Made by a program: the position numbers and the translations under genes. This document shows positions 37,230-51,578 of a stretch of DNA of 64,000 nucleotides, piece after piece. The notes below the pieces were generated by a model that had not been told where the DNA came from, did not search any database, and was given only the letters and a program-made list of their open reading frames with translations. This DNA comes from Neodothiora populina (lineage: Eukaryota), in the NCBI RefSeq assembly GCF_041146345.1, contig NW_027191411.1, forward strand, positions 992,001 to 1,056,000, read 5' to 3'. Positions within the stretch are counted from its first letter, which is position 1. The number at the start of each line of letters is the position of its first letter.

Positions 37230-38470
37230 TCAAAGCATGCTGGCAACCTTCAGTTCGATCTGCATGATCAATCTGCCAATAGCCGCCTCAAATTGACCCT
37301 TCACTTCGTCGAGCAAAGCCCACTCCACCATGTCCATCTCAGTCTCTGCCTGAGCCAACAATTTGAAGCCCTGTATCTTATCATCATACAGATCGCGCTC
37401 CTCGCTGCTGTTCTTTGCAGTGTAGAAGTCAAATTGAGAACCATCAGGGTTATGTTTGTCTTCTTGTCCAAGAACGAAATTTATCATGTCCATGGCCTGG
37501 ACACAACCAGCTGCGCGCCCACTAATGTGGAACTCACACTGACGCAGGTCATGGTCAGCTTCATCGAATACCCGGATGCGTGTGCCTGAGACTTCTTCGA
37601 TTTGAGTAATGTTGCTGAAATCGTGGCCCAGAACGAGGCGAGCTTCCTTGAGGTCCAATCTCATGACATGCTGCTCAACATCGGCCCGTTTGCCCTTTGC
37701 AGAAGAGCCATGAACGACTTCATCAACAGATTTCGTGGAGCCGTTGTTAGTTTTCGCAGTCTTGAATGACTGGAACGAGAGGACACTGCTGGCGGCACTG
37801 CTAGCGGAACTCCTACGAGAAGGCTCGGCACCGCGGAGCCTAGACTCGTGACGTTCGAGAAAGCGAATGAATTGGGCGTGGTAATCACGAATTTCGATCT
37901 TCTTGTCCTTGCGAAGCTAGGGCGGCAGTAAGTTCTCATGTCATTCAGCAGAAGAATTTGGAGTCTTACCTTGGTTTTCAATGCTTTCATCCCAAGCACC
38001 GGACCTTCTGCCATACTTCCTTGACCATCTCTGGTGAGCCAGTCCAGAGCGTCCAAGGCTGCATCGATATCGAACCAGCACTTGTGCTTGCAGTCTGGCA
38101 TCTCGGTGCCATTACGTACGAGCTCCTCAATTGAACGCAGACGTGAAGCGTGGATGCCAAGTCCACTACGAACAGTGATAATGTCGCACGTCTCGCTGAG
38201 CCAAGTCAACTTGGTTCCGAGATTGGACAACTTGCAGATCAACTCAGCACGACGAGACTTAACTTCAAGCAATGGGTGGCTTGGGTCATAAAAAGAAAGA
38301 CCGTTGCCTGCGGAAGTGGACTGCTCACTTGAAGCGCGTGTATCTGCTTCAGGCTCGCGTGATGGAGGATCGCTAGGACGCATGCCGAAAAAGCGCTCAT
38401 CATCACTGGTGAAGGAGACGTAATGGAAATCGTCCATGTCATAGGGCAGTGGGCTCGACTCTATATTCAT
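37230..38470 (-). CDS. Hypothetical protein (about 395 aa); exons 38470-37970, 37916-37230
   Basis: A 53-nt GTAAGA..CTAG intron (37969-37917) joins the two overlapping ORFs of the track in frame. No domain recognised. Confidence 0.6.
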
Positions 38471-39278
38471 GGAAAAGGAACGGGAAAGCTGATGTCAAAG
38501 TAGATTCCGTTGTGGTTCTGAACAACGTCACGAGAAGGATTTACCGAAGTGAGGCAGATGAGATAGAGCTCAGGCAAGGTAGCAAACACCCTTTCCGGAG
38601 TAGTACTCGGCGCCGAGGTGTATATCAGAACGACGAGAGCCAATGGATTACCAAGTCTGGATACAGGCCACCAGTGCCAGCCATGTGCCAATTAGGAGCA
38701 GAAGCTGAGGGATGGTCCTGGTCTCTAGGTGCTCAGAGCCGTCGACCAAATTTTGTCATCGTAGCTTGTGGTGCATAAATCTCGATCGCTCATCTCTACA
38801 AAAGTTGAAGGTCACATTTCTATACCATCTAGATAGACGCACACCATCTGGCAGACGTCTCGAAACTTTCCTCATTCCACAACCTAAGACCTTTCGCTAT
38901 GTACAGTAGTGTACCTTCGACTCTCTACGTTTTTGCAATTAACAGAGGAGAACAAGGAAGATGTATGGTACTTAGGCACAGTCATCACATCGAAAAATGT
39001 ATACTAACTAAGGATATCTCTAGGAGATCCGATTTGCAATGTGTAAGCTAACTTATATAAAATCGTCTGTAGTCAACTAGCGTGACTAACCCTAAGTATT
39101 ATTGGTAGACACTCCCGAGTAAGAAAATACTAAAGATGTCTTGGCGTACTTTGACGCTAGTAATTCTTCACAGCAGCAGTAATATCATGTCTAGTATTTA
39201 ATACATCAGTACTCATCTCTTGTCTGCTAGTGTGGTTCTCTGATAGGAACCTCAGTAGACACGTCACTTCTTTTAAGA

Positions 39279-41834
39279 ATGGAGACTCTGCCAGGCGTAC
39301 CCCCTGAGGAAACTCCGATCTACTTTTATGTTGGTCAACATGAAACGAAAAGAAATGTTCAAGTAACAAATTTGCTTGTCAGCCAGGCACAGGATGTTGG
39401 TGTAGGTATTCCCGTTCCTTGCGCTATGTATAACACTTATAGATTCTTAGTATGACATGATTACAAGACCCATCACTTCGTCCAGTTTTCAGAACAAAGT
39501 CCTTGCTGCGTTGGATTCCTACTTTGAGGCTTTGTCTAGCGCTGCCAAAGAGGAAGATGTTCCCTACCCACTTATCTCTCCTCTCACACCGGAGGACACC
39601 AATTTGCTTCCAGACGAGTACATCTCGTCCATGCTAGCAGTGACTAGCCCTTGGATTGATCTAGCCTCACCGGACCCTGTGATAGCTCATGTCTCTCGTC
39701 AAGTCTTCAACTTGGAAGTCGCTTATGCTGCTTTCTGTGGCGTCAACAACATGGTCATCGAAGGACCGAGGCTGCAAGGAAATGTTGCGATTCCTGTATA
39801 TGCCAGGTCTATCGTGCAAGCACTGAACGTTGGCCCCTACCTTAATCTTCAGATTCGTCTCCCAATGACGGCGAAGTCGAGTAAGGATGAGACCCAAAAT
39901 CCGCGTCACATGGCTAGCAGAATGCGTTCGCGCTATGCCGAAGCCGCCGATATTGCTTCGACAAGTAGTGATTCTCTTCGGTCTTGGGATGCTTGGGAGC
40001 TGATCCGGACTGTTTGCAAGTTCCACGGCAGGCTATCCGTAGGTAAGTTATTGCTCAATTTCTCCCCCTTGATTTCCTTTGCTCTAACGCGCTCTCTCAG
40101 CGTTGTCGATTCCTCAGAAGTTGCCGAGCATGGAAATCCAGTCCAGATGGTTCTCTGAGCCATTACGTCTCATCGAACTTCACGAGTCGACGTTCATGCG
40201 TAATGCGAAGGGCTTCCCAGTGCTTTCCAAGGCTATTCAGGCCCTGATAACTCGCTATACTCGTCTCAAAACCTCGCCTTGGATTCTCCTGAGCGATGTT
40301 GGCGCTATTCCGACGGATGATGAGCTCGATGCTGCAAATCCTGCCGAAGACGAGCTGCCTACCCCAGCTCAAGCTAGTTCTGCAAATCGAATGCCTAAAA
40401 GGCCAAAGCAGAAGGATCTCACTCCCCACCTAAGCTACATACGCCATTTGCAGAGATCGCAACCTCCCCGTCCTATCATCGACCGATTTGCTTCAGGATA
40501 CCAGGACTTCCTGCAGTCACCACTTCAGCCCCTGACCGATAACCTAGAGTCTATTACTTACGAGGTCTTTGAGAAGGATCCGGTGAAGTATGAATGGTAC
40601 GAGCGCGCCACTGCTGCTGCCCTCGTGGACCTCAAGAAGACTCTCAACAGAGACATTGTCGTCGCTGTTGTTGGTGCTGGACGTGGCCCTCTCATGACCA
40701 GGGCACTGAAGGCTAGTGCCAGTACAGGCATCTCTATCCTACCTTACGCAGTGGAAAAGAACCCGAACGCATACGTGCTACTACAGAACCGAAACGCCAC
40801 CGATCCACTCTGGGGAAAGCGTGTTCAGGTAGTCAAGACAGACATGCGCGCATGGGCCGGGCCTACGCTACCTTCTGGCGAAGTTGGCAAGGTCGACATT
40901 TTGATCTCTGAGCTCCTGGGCAGTTTCGCAGATAACGAGCTGAGTCCAGAATGCCTTGACGGCGTTCAACACGTGCTACATCCAGACCACGGAGTCAGCA
41001 TTCCCACGTCTTATACCGCACACTTCACGCCAATCGCATCACCAAAGATCTACTCGGATCTCTTGAGCCGCACCGGAGCTGGCGCAGAGGATAGATGGGA
41101 GCTTCCATATGTATCTATGCTACACCAGTTCGACAATCTCTGTCTTGCGTCTGCCGCAAAAGACTCCACGACTCCTTCAAGCAAGGACGACAAGGCAGCC
41201 ACAGAGCCTCTTCAACCCGACGTCCAACAAGCTTGGGAGTTCACCCACCCGATTCCTCAAGCCATTCTCGCCCAGTCGCAGCTCCGACGAGGCGGAAGCG
41301 CAGCGGCCGGGTTCGGAGGTGCAGTAGGCGGAGATGGCTGGAACGAGCACAACGCACGATTCAGCAAGTCGACATTCACGTGTACGAACCGCGGAGTCTG
41401 CCATGGCTTAGGCGGCTATTTCGAGACAGTGTTGTACGAGAGCAAAGCTCAGGGTGGCAAGAAGATCGAGCTGAGCACAAACCCCGTGACGATGGATCAG
41501 AAGAGCAAAGACATGATCAGTTGGTTTCCGATCTTCTTTCCTCTCAAGGTATGAATCAATCACCCCTCGTCTACCTCTCGCTTGCCCTTTATCCCTCCGT
41601 CCTTCTTACCCCCCAGAACCCCAACTACTGACCTCAACAACGTAGACACCAATGTACTTCCCCGACAAAGCCGAAGTAGAAGTAAGCATGTGGCGCCAAA
41701 CCGACGACCGAAAAGTATGGTATGAGTGGATCGTCGAAGTCTACGCCCGCGTCGGAGCAGGGGCAGAAACGACTCGACAGCGCGTCGCTGTGTCTGATCT
41801 GCACTCTAGTTGGAAAAATGGGTGTTTGATGTAG
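39279..41834 (+). CDS. PRMT5: Protein arginine N-methyltransferase 5 (Hsl7/Skb1); exons 39279-39401, 39451-40042, 40101-41548, 41646-41834
   Basis: QSPLQPLTDNLESITYEVFEKDPVKY, VVGAGRGPL, ISELLGSFADNELSPECL, MISWFPIFFPLK and KVWYEW motifs; canonical introns. Confidence 0.95.
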
Positions 41835-42400
41835 AGATCTGGATAGCTTCGTGGGGTGGGCGTTCTTGCTCGCTCCTTTGGTTTTACTTGCGACTACTTT
41901 ACATCAGAGACTCTGGTTTAGCAAAGAGATATTGTATATCGGTGCTCGTCTGCGGAACGTCGTTATCGGTTGCCCGGCCTATGCGCGAGTAACAAACCTG
42001 TTCGAGAACACTCGATCGTGACAAGACTACGATTAGAAGCTTCCTGCTGGATTTTTCTTACTGCATGAACAAGGTGACACTCTTGAAACACGCTGGTTGA
42101 GCATACATCACTGTGTATCCATTACTTGACATGACAACTGCACTGCACAAGCATTCACCTACAGCAAAGAAGAACAGCAGTGTAAAAAAAACCTTGGAAA
42201 CACGCAGACGGGTATACAAAGCAGGAGAACGAAGCTATATAAATCGAAAATAAACAGAGCAAGAACTTCAACTAATGATCAAGAAAAGACGAAAGAAATT
42301 CAACCAAAAGAACGGGCATGATGCATAAATGTCCCAGTCATCGACCCCCCCCCCCCCCTCTCTATCCTCCCTCTCTCTGTCCGCCATCTCACTTGCCCAA

Positions 42401-45400
42401 TCATGAATAATCATGCAACCCCTGCAGCACATGCCCCCACCCCAAATCCCTACTCCCGCCTCTCGCACCATGTCCAAACCCAGCACGACCAGTAGCATCA
42501 TCGCCGATGGCAATCTTATAATGCTCTCTAAGATACTCTCCGATGATATGCAACTCCTTTTCTCGCTTACGGGTTTCCCGCCTTTCGGACTCGCAATAGC
42601 TCTCGTAGATGTCGAGGTTCTCGTCCAGAGGGCGCGAGGTGTCGATTGGGAAGAAGCGGCTGGACGAGAGAAGATGGGCGGATGGGGCGAAGTGGGCGCC
42701 GATGTGGTGCGGGATGCTGAGGTGGCCTGATGCTGTTAGGCCGGTTGAAGTTGCTGCTGCTTGGATTGGGTTCTTGAATGAGTTGGATGAGGCTGGGTCG
42801 GTAGGTGCGTCAGACATTGGACTCGAGGGCTGGGCTGATGTGTCGAAGGAAGGATGATCGCCGAGGACTGCACGGACAGGAGCGGCGGCGAATGCCTTGA
42901 GACGATTGTTTTCGCGTTGGAGTCTCTGCTCGGTACGAGACGACTCGTCGAGAGCCGTGTTTGCGTATTGCAGTCTCGAGAGGAGAGTCTCATTTGTGAC
43001 GGTCAGATGGTTGATCTTAGCGCCATTGAGATCGCTAAGTTCCTGCGATTTGGCTTGCTCTTGGAAGTCTGTATCATTGGTCTTGTCTTCTCCAAGTTGG
43101 CTTTTGTAGGATGAGATCTTCCTGGTTTGTAAGTCAAGAGCCTGTTGTAGCTGAGCCAATTTCTCCAAGGCCTCGAGATGTTGACTTTCGAGTCTTGCTC
43201 GTCCAGCTGTAGCTACCGCCAGTTCTTCCTTGAGATGTTGTTCGTTCTGGACCTTTGGTGAAGCAGGCTCGTCATCTTCGTCATCCTCGACTGAAGCTTT
43301 GACCTTCCCAAGTTCCTCGCGCAGTCGCTGGATGTCTCTGGTGTACTTATGAACAATCTTCTCATGCTGGATTTTCTGCACTTCTGCAGTGCGAGTGATT
43401 TCGAGGTTGTGCCGATGACTGTCTCGATTCTTCTGGTCCGCATCCTTAAGTTGAGCCTGATATTTTTCTTCCAATTGAGGAATCTGAGAGTTCAGGTTTG
43501 CAATAGTGGTAGCACAATCCTCGTGACCATGTTTGAAGATCTCGAACTTCCCTTCGATCTCGAGCACCTCTCGACGGTACTTGTCTGCGAGTTCTGTCTT
43601 CTTCTGAGCTCTGCCTCGGAGGGCTTCAGTGTCACGCTCGTGTTCTTCGTCCTGGAAGTGCAGTTGCTTTTCGCGCAACTTGACTTTCTCCTTGTATGCT
43701 TCCACCTCTTGACGAAGGTCCTCTATCTGTTGGTCGTCTAGACCCGAATCTGTAGTTGGATCTGTGGTTGTTTTGGTCGTGGGAGAGGAGGGCGTGCTCT
43801 TTTGCGCCAGGAGCTCTTCGATAGTCTTTTCATGGTCTTCCATCTGCTGCCGAAGAGCGTCGTTCTCTTGCTTGAAAGCCTCATTCTTTTGATAAAGCTC
43901 ATCAACGACCCTTTGGATTTCATCGAGTTTGCTGACTTGCGCTTGAACCTGCTCACGCAGATCATCTATATCAGCTGATTGAGCTCCAGACTCGCTTGTG
44001 GCCCGTAGTTCTTCCATGTCTAGGTCTCTAGCAACCAGTTCACTTCTGAGCCGTTCTACCTGATCTTGAAGGCTACGAATGTCGTCCCATTCTGCTCGCA
44101 TGTCTTCATATGCATCGAGATAGTTTCGTAGATTCGCTGGCTCGGCATCGTCATCCATGTACCCAGGGATGGTGAGATAAGCGTTGAGGAGATCGAGGTT
44201 GAAGATTTCACCAGAGAATAGGAGCTCTCCGAAGAGACGACGGGGTTTGAAGCGGTACTTGGTCTCATGATCCGCCAGCCACTCAGCGATTTCGCTAGCA
44301 CTCTTATTGAGGACTAAGAGGTCCATGATCTTTTCTGCACCGAGAGCTGGTAAAGTCTTATTCTCATCGTTGATGCAATTGACGATTATCGCAGCAACGG
44401 CTTGTCGCTTTTCTTCCGGCCACTGCACACTATTACCGTAGGCAGAAACTGCCAACGAGAAGGTCTGCTGGGCTCTCAGTTCTTTGTTGACCTCTCTTTC
44501 ACGGAACAGATCTTCTTGATGGCTGACAAAGTGGTCTTGCAGCTCATCATAACGCTTTCGCCAGCCTTTGATAGCCCTTTGAAGCTGACTGATCTTATAG
44601 TCCGACTCTTGTAATAGTGCCTGATAAGATCCAAGATCAGTCTGGAGATTTGTGTTGTCCATCGTGAGCCTGGCCTCCCTTTTGTGGCATGCAGCAAGTT
44701 CGTCAATGTAGCGCTCGAGGACATCTACAACCTCTTCGCTCGACACGATTGGAGGTAAAGGTGTATCTCTACGACCCCTGCCTCTGCCAGAGGCTACTAC
44801 TTGTTCGAAGAGGGCTTTTCTGGCGCGTTCGAGTGAGTCTCTTGGAATGTCTTTCAGATGGGTGTAGGAGCGTTGCTTAAGTAGTCCTTTCTCCTTGTCT
44901 ACATCGTATTCGAGTCGCGAAGGAGAGACATGTTCGGTCGATCTCTCGGGACTCAGTGAGCTACTCTTCACTGGAACCGATGACTTGTTTCTCACCTGGG
45001 AGGTCAGGAGAGAGTGAGCTCTTACGTCTGGTCCATCTTCCAATAAAACGTCGGTCCCCACGATCGACGTCCTCGCGAGAATTGCACGCCTTGCAGCAGC
45101 AGGGCCTGGATCTGGTAACGCTGTCTCTTCGACCTCTTCATCGCTCGAACTACTCCATGCTGATATTGTTGAGCCTGTTGGGCTAGGTGGACGTTCCAAA
45201 GTGCTTTCAATTCCTTCCTGGCTCTGCGTGGTGTCTCTGTCAACATCGTTATTGTCTTCGTCAGACCTCCTGCCAAGTCGACTCGGTGGCCGAACGAATG
45301 AGTCTCTGCTCTCCTGACCATCTTCCTCATGCGAGATAGCATGATCGTCGTCTGCAACCGACTGTTCAATGAGCGAAGGATCACTTGCGGGAGTGGCGGG

Positions 45401-45478
45401 CTCAACAATTTGAGGCACACTGCTCTCGCAATCTTGAGCAGTGCCGCTCTGCTCATCAAGGTTGTCAATGTCGCTCAT
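42401..45478 (-). CDS. Large coiled-coil protein of unknown function (1025 aa)
   Basis: Uninterrupted ORF with an acidic/Ser-rich disordered N-terminus and extensive E/Q/K/L heptad regions. Confidence 0.8.
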   Translation of the reverse strand: MSDIDNLDEQSGTAQDCESSVPQIVEPATPASDPSLIEQSVADDDHAISHEEDGQESRDSFVRPPSRLGRRSDEDNNDVDRDTTQSQEGIESTLERPPSPTGSTISAWSSSSDEEVEETALPDPGPAAARRAILARTSIVGTDVLLEDGPDVRAHSLLTSQVRNKSSVPVKSSSLSPERSTEHVSPSRLEYDVDKEKGLLKQRSYTHLKDIPRDSLERARKALFEQVVASGRGRGRRDTPLPPIVSSEEVVDVLERYIDELAACHKREARLTMDNTNLQTDLGSYQALLQESDYKISQLQRAIKGWRKRYDELQDHFVSHQEDLFREREVNKELRAQQTFSLAVSAYGNSVQWPEEKRQAVAAIIVNCINDENKTLPALGAEKIMDLLVLNKSASEIAEWLADHETKYRFKPRRLFGELLFSGEIFNLDLLNAYLTIPGYMDDDAEPANLRNYLDAYEDMRAEWDDIRSLQDQVERLRSELVARDLDMEELRATSESGAQSADIDDLREQVQAQVSKLDEIQRVVDELYQKNEAFKQENDALRQQMEDHEKTIEELLAQKSTPSSPTTKTTTDPTTDSGLDDQQIEDLRQEVEAYKEKVKLREKQLHFQDEEHERDTEALRGRAQKKTELADKYRREVLEIEGKFEIFKHGHEDCATTIANLNSQIPQLEEKYQAQLKDADQKNRDSHRHNLEITRTAEVQKIQHEKIVHKYTRDIQRLREELGKVKASVEDDEDDEPASPKVQNEQHLKEELAVATAGRARLESQHLEALEKLAQLQQALDLQTRKISSYKSQLGEDKTNDTDFQEQAKSQELSDLNGAKINHLTVTNETLLSRLQYANTALDESSRTEQRLQRENNRLKAFAAAPVRAVLGDHPSFDTSAQPSSPMSDAPTDPASSNSFKNPIQAAATSTGLTASGHLSIPHHIGAHFAPSAHLLSSSRFFPIDTSRPLDENLDIYESYCESERRETRKREKELHIIGEYLREHYKIAIGDDATGRAGFGHGARGGSRDLGWGHVLQGLHDYS

Positions 45479-46423
45479 GTCCGGCTACTGTCAATCAAAT
45501 GTATGCGGTGTGAAAAGGAAATAACGTAACAAGGCCTGCCTTTAGTTGATTCACAAGTTTCAAGCGATCGACTGGGAAAATTACGCGATTGGCAAGAGGG
45601 ATATTATTGACGGTGAGAGTGAAATGTGAGATGTAAAATTATCATGATAATAGTAGGAAAAAAGGCGTGGGTGTAATACTACTTGGACTCGCGTACAATT
45701 CCTTTGACATGGCATCGAGTGCAATCTCTTTCGAGTACCATCTTTTGCATTAGGAAGTTCACTCGAATTGCAACGAGTGGCGTCCTTTGTGTCCATTATC
45801 TCATCGGTGCAACAAAGAATGGATGAAATGTAGCCTATCGAAGCTGGAGCGCAAGAAGGCTGGCATAGCATATTCTTTGTCGATATGACCGAGGACAGAT
45901 ACTTCAAAGATAGCTGGGAGTCGATTAGAATGGGACTTACATCTTGAACTCAGTTGAGGTCAATAGCGATGCTGCAAGTCTAAAGGTCAATATTCGCAAG
46001 ATGGACACTTCGGAGGGACGAAGCAACGTTGATGTGTTGACTACAGTAGCTGTTCTTCATCTACGAGAATTCAACAAAATACAAGATGTTCAGAGATTAG
46101 AGTGTTGAGCTGTCCCAGTGAAGGGGAATCTCATAGCACCTTGTGGTATCTGTTGACCAAGAGTGAGCAGAGGTCAGCTATCTGTGAAGGGGAGTGAGTG
46201 CCTCCACTTCATAGGACTAAGGTCGGCCGGAAATGTGCTAGTGAGTCTTGGCGTTTTTCGTGTTTCTTTGTCCAGGCAGCAAGGCAGCGATGCATGAGGT
46301 CTGATCTCACGTTCCACTTAATTACTTACTTTACTAAAGCAGCCTATTGATTTCAATCATAGTCTACTGGTGGGGACAAAGAAAGTCACGGCCTCAATCT
46401 CATTTTCGAACGAGCATGGCATT

Positions 46424-48103
46424 CTACGACACCTGCACTGTTCCTGCCTGACCATCTCCCTCTAAGCTCTCAATATCTTGCCATACTTGTCTCTCCCAAT
46501 CATCGTACATTGCACATCTGTCTTTCGAAAGCCAGTCGATCGCATCTTGGAACATCGTTCCTAAGCCGCTCCTTAGACCAGCTTCACCCAGTACGCCATC
46601 ATCTAAGGTCCCATCTTGCGCAACAGGTCGCGGTGTATGCTTCTCCTTCCTTCTCAGTGGGGTCTTCGCTGGTCTACCTCGCTTCTTGGGCGTCTGTATT
46701 TGAACTTCGTCGCTGTCGTCCCTGTCGTGGTCGTCATTGCCTACCTCCACCACATCAGCCGTGCCGCTAACGTCCAGTATGCCAGTCGCCTGCGCAGGGT
46801 CTGAGATCTCGTCCCTGCCATCGTCTCGCATCTCGACATCGTTATCGGCAGACGAGATCGTGGTGGAAACGTCTTGCCGTCTCTGTGCTTCTGTTTGAAC
46901 GTCCAAAGCCCACTGTAGTTCCAGCCAACCTTCTGTGTGTGCAGCTTTTAAGAATGTTGCGATGTTGCGTCTAGTGCTCTCGTCATTACTACGGTTTCCA
47001 TCGAGCCCTGTGATTCTAGAGATGGCAAGGTCTCGGGCTTCATTGTACTGAGCCCCGCTCACTGCCGCCCTTCTCAGGGTGAAAATGGTGTATAAGCCCA
47101 AAGCAATAAGGAGAGGCGGCAGTGTTGTAGTCGTGATGGCGCCATTTGTAGGATCTTCCTCAACGACAGGCTGTGCTCGAGTAAATAACCCTGTGCGTCT
47201 GCGTTCTCTCCCCCGACCTATATCTTCGTCTTCGAAGTTCTCCTCAGCCCGGGTTTCTACAGATTCAGCAGACTGTCTCATGCGTTTGCGGGTCATGGAT
47301 GGCGAGCTGTCTGCCTCTGGACCGGGAGCTGTCGGGCTCCACCCTCGCAAAGCCAAGACAGCAGCACAACCGGATAGGATGTATGCTTCAGCACCCGTGA
47401 CGCCGAAAGCATCGCAGATAGCATGAGCCATGATTGCTGCTTGTGGCGGAAGATCATGTGTATTTTGTGCTTCGCTTGATGTCTCCGCATGCGCTGGCGT
47501 AGGAGTTCCAAGTTTTCTCGTCTCGTTTCGTGATGACCTCGTCGCCGATCGTGGGACTGAAGGAACCGTGTATTCTCCCACAGTCTTGGATGGTAATCTC
47601 GTGCTTCTCCTTCCGCCACTAGCCACACTTCCAGGAGTCGCAACGGCACTTCTCGGTGTCCTCTTACTCGCACTTCCACTGCCATTTTCGTTCCCGTCCC
47701 CCAGCCCTATATTCAGCGTCGTGGTTCTCCTCCTACCTCCAGAAGCAGACATGGTTTCTCCATGTGACCCATCCACATCCCTTAATCTAGATGCGCGCTT
47801 AGGCGTACTCATGCCCAGAGCACCATTGAGATATGAGTACAACTTTCCATAGACCCTCGGGGGAACGGGCGCTCCCTTGACGTTGACATCTCCCGAGTCG
47901 ATACCCAGACGCTGAGTCAGACGATCACAGGCGATATGACAAACGGCGAACGTGCGGGCGATCTCTTCTTCAGGTTTCAATGTCGCGGCGTGTGCTCGAG
48001 ACTGTGCGAGAAGACTTGTCGCTAGGTCTATCAAGGGCGTTGGCAGAGGATGCAGGGTTGGAAGTAGAGTGATTAATGCTTGTTCGACTGGCGAGGTCGG
48101 CAT
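46424..48103 (-). CDS. ORC6: Origin recognition complex subunit 6
   Basis: N-terminus EQALITLLPT..LIDLATSLLAQSR..LKPEEEIARTFAVCHIACDRL..PVPPRVYGKLYSYL and C-terminal GLGTMFQDAIDWLS, typical of Pezizomycotina Orc6. Confidence 0.85.
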   Translation of the reverse strand: MPTSPVEQALITLLPTLHPLPTPLIDLATSLLAQSRAHAATLKPEEEIARTFAVCHIACDRLTQRLGIDSGDVNVKGAPVPPRVYGKLYSYLNGALGMSTPKRASRLRDVDGSHGETMSASGGRRRTTTLNIGLGDGNENGSGSASKRTPRSAVATPGSVASGGRRSTRLPSKTVGEYTVPSVPRSATRSSRNETRKLGTPTPAHAETSSEAQNTHDLPPQAAIMAHAICDAFGVTGAEAYILSGCAAVLALRGWSPTAPGPEADSSPSMTRKRMRQSAESVETRAEENFEDEDIGRGRERRRTGLFTRAQPVVEEDPTNGAITTTTLPPLLIALGLYTIFTLRRAAVSGAQYNEARDLAISRITGLDGNRSNDESTRRNIATFLKAAHTEGWLELQWALDVQTEAQRRQDVSTTISSADNDVEMRDDGRDEISDPAQATGILDVSGTADVVEVGNDDHDRDDSDEVQIQTPKKRGRPAKTPLRRKEKHTPRPVAQDGTLDDGVLGEAGLRSGLGTMFQDAIDWLSKDRCAMYDDWERQVWQDIESLEGDGQAGTVQVS

Positions 48104-48237
48104 GATGTAAATTTATCATCAATCAAGCGCATGGGCCGTATCGGTTTAGTTGTGTTTGTTGGAAGTTAGGATGTGAATGGGTTGTAAATTGATGTAAGAC
48201 CGAACTATTTTGATTAATTCCACGTCGACCATGGAAG

Positions 48238-48267
48238 ACGCGAAGCACGGAAGGTGACGCGGCGCGT
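48238..48267. promoter_or_regulatory. MCB-like (ACGCG) cluster upstream of ORC6
   Basis: ACGCGA 48238, ACGCGG 48257 and GCGCGT 48262 lie 135-165 bp upstream of a replication gene. Confidence 0.5.
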
Positions 48268-48639
48268 TGAACGTGCAACTAATTCAATTAAACCGCCGCT
48301 TTAGGCCAGTTCATGCAATACAAGTACCACACCCTTACTATTCACGACGGATTTTTGCAGTCAAGTTGAGAGGATAGTTAAGACGACACATGTGATGGCT
48401 CAGAAGGGATGAAAGAGTCAATGCGATCAGTCTATCCCCGTCACTCCCAGCGAATGTAGCCCTTCTATGGGTGCCACGGCAGTTTCCCTATCCCCTCCCT
48501 AGAACTCCTCTAAGGTATGCATGTAGATTAACAGAGTGCAAGAATCTGGGTTTCTCTGCCGTATAACCCCACCAATAACGGATATAACTCCACTGTTTCA
48601 CCTGATTCAGTGTCCCGAATTGTCACTACTCCGCCGTCT

Positions 48640-51028
<2,389 letters not shown>

Positions 51029-51578
51029 GTTTGCAACTACTTTGCTTCCTTTTCGGACGATGGACAGCGAACGTAATGGCGATGCGATAAGCGATGAGAG
51101 ATCAATCAAGAAAGATTCGCCATCGCATCTTCAAAATCCATAAAAGTCCCTGCATCCATGTCATAGTCCCCATAACTCTTGGCATCATGACTCGTGATGG
51201 CCTTGGCCTTGGCACACCCCCACCACCTTCTGGTCTCCCACCCCTCCATTCGTGTTTGTTGTGCCCACCAAGTGATTACGTCCTCAGACAAGTTTTTGTC
51301 ATAGAAAACAGGAGGTAAGCTGTCTTGTATTCCCGATCGGGCCCTCCCGTCTCCTCCTACCGAACAAAACTACAGGTAGACATCCTTCCTTCTCACCGAG
51401 TGATCCTGATCTATATTCATCAACCTTGCAACCTTTCGCCGTCTCGGCTCAGCCTCCCTACGTAATCGCTCGGCTGACTAGCCGACCCTAAAGGGACTTC
51501 ATAAAGCTCCATTGCCCTTTGAACAATTGATTTATCTATCAACCCTTTCTGACTCTGTCCCTACAAGCAGACACGATA

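Noticed and set aside
39086..39095. CTAACCCTAA (and AGGGTTAGG at 12051) as a telomerase RNA template or interstitial telomere
   Set aside because: 9-10 nt matches are expected by chance in 64 kb. The 39086 site is under 200 bp from the PRMT5 ATG, leaving no room for a long TER; at most it is a Tbf1-type promoter site. No ordered pseudoknot/Sm/splice-site set was found near 12051.
42345..42358. Homopolymer runs (C-run here; G-run near 30249; C-run near 13831)
   Set aside because: Simple low-complexity tracts with no associated structure.
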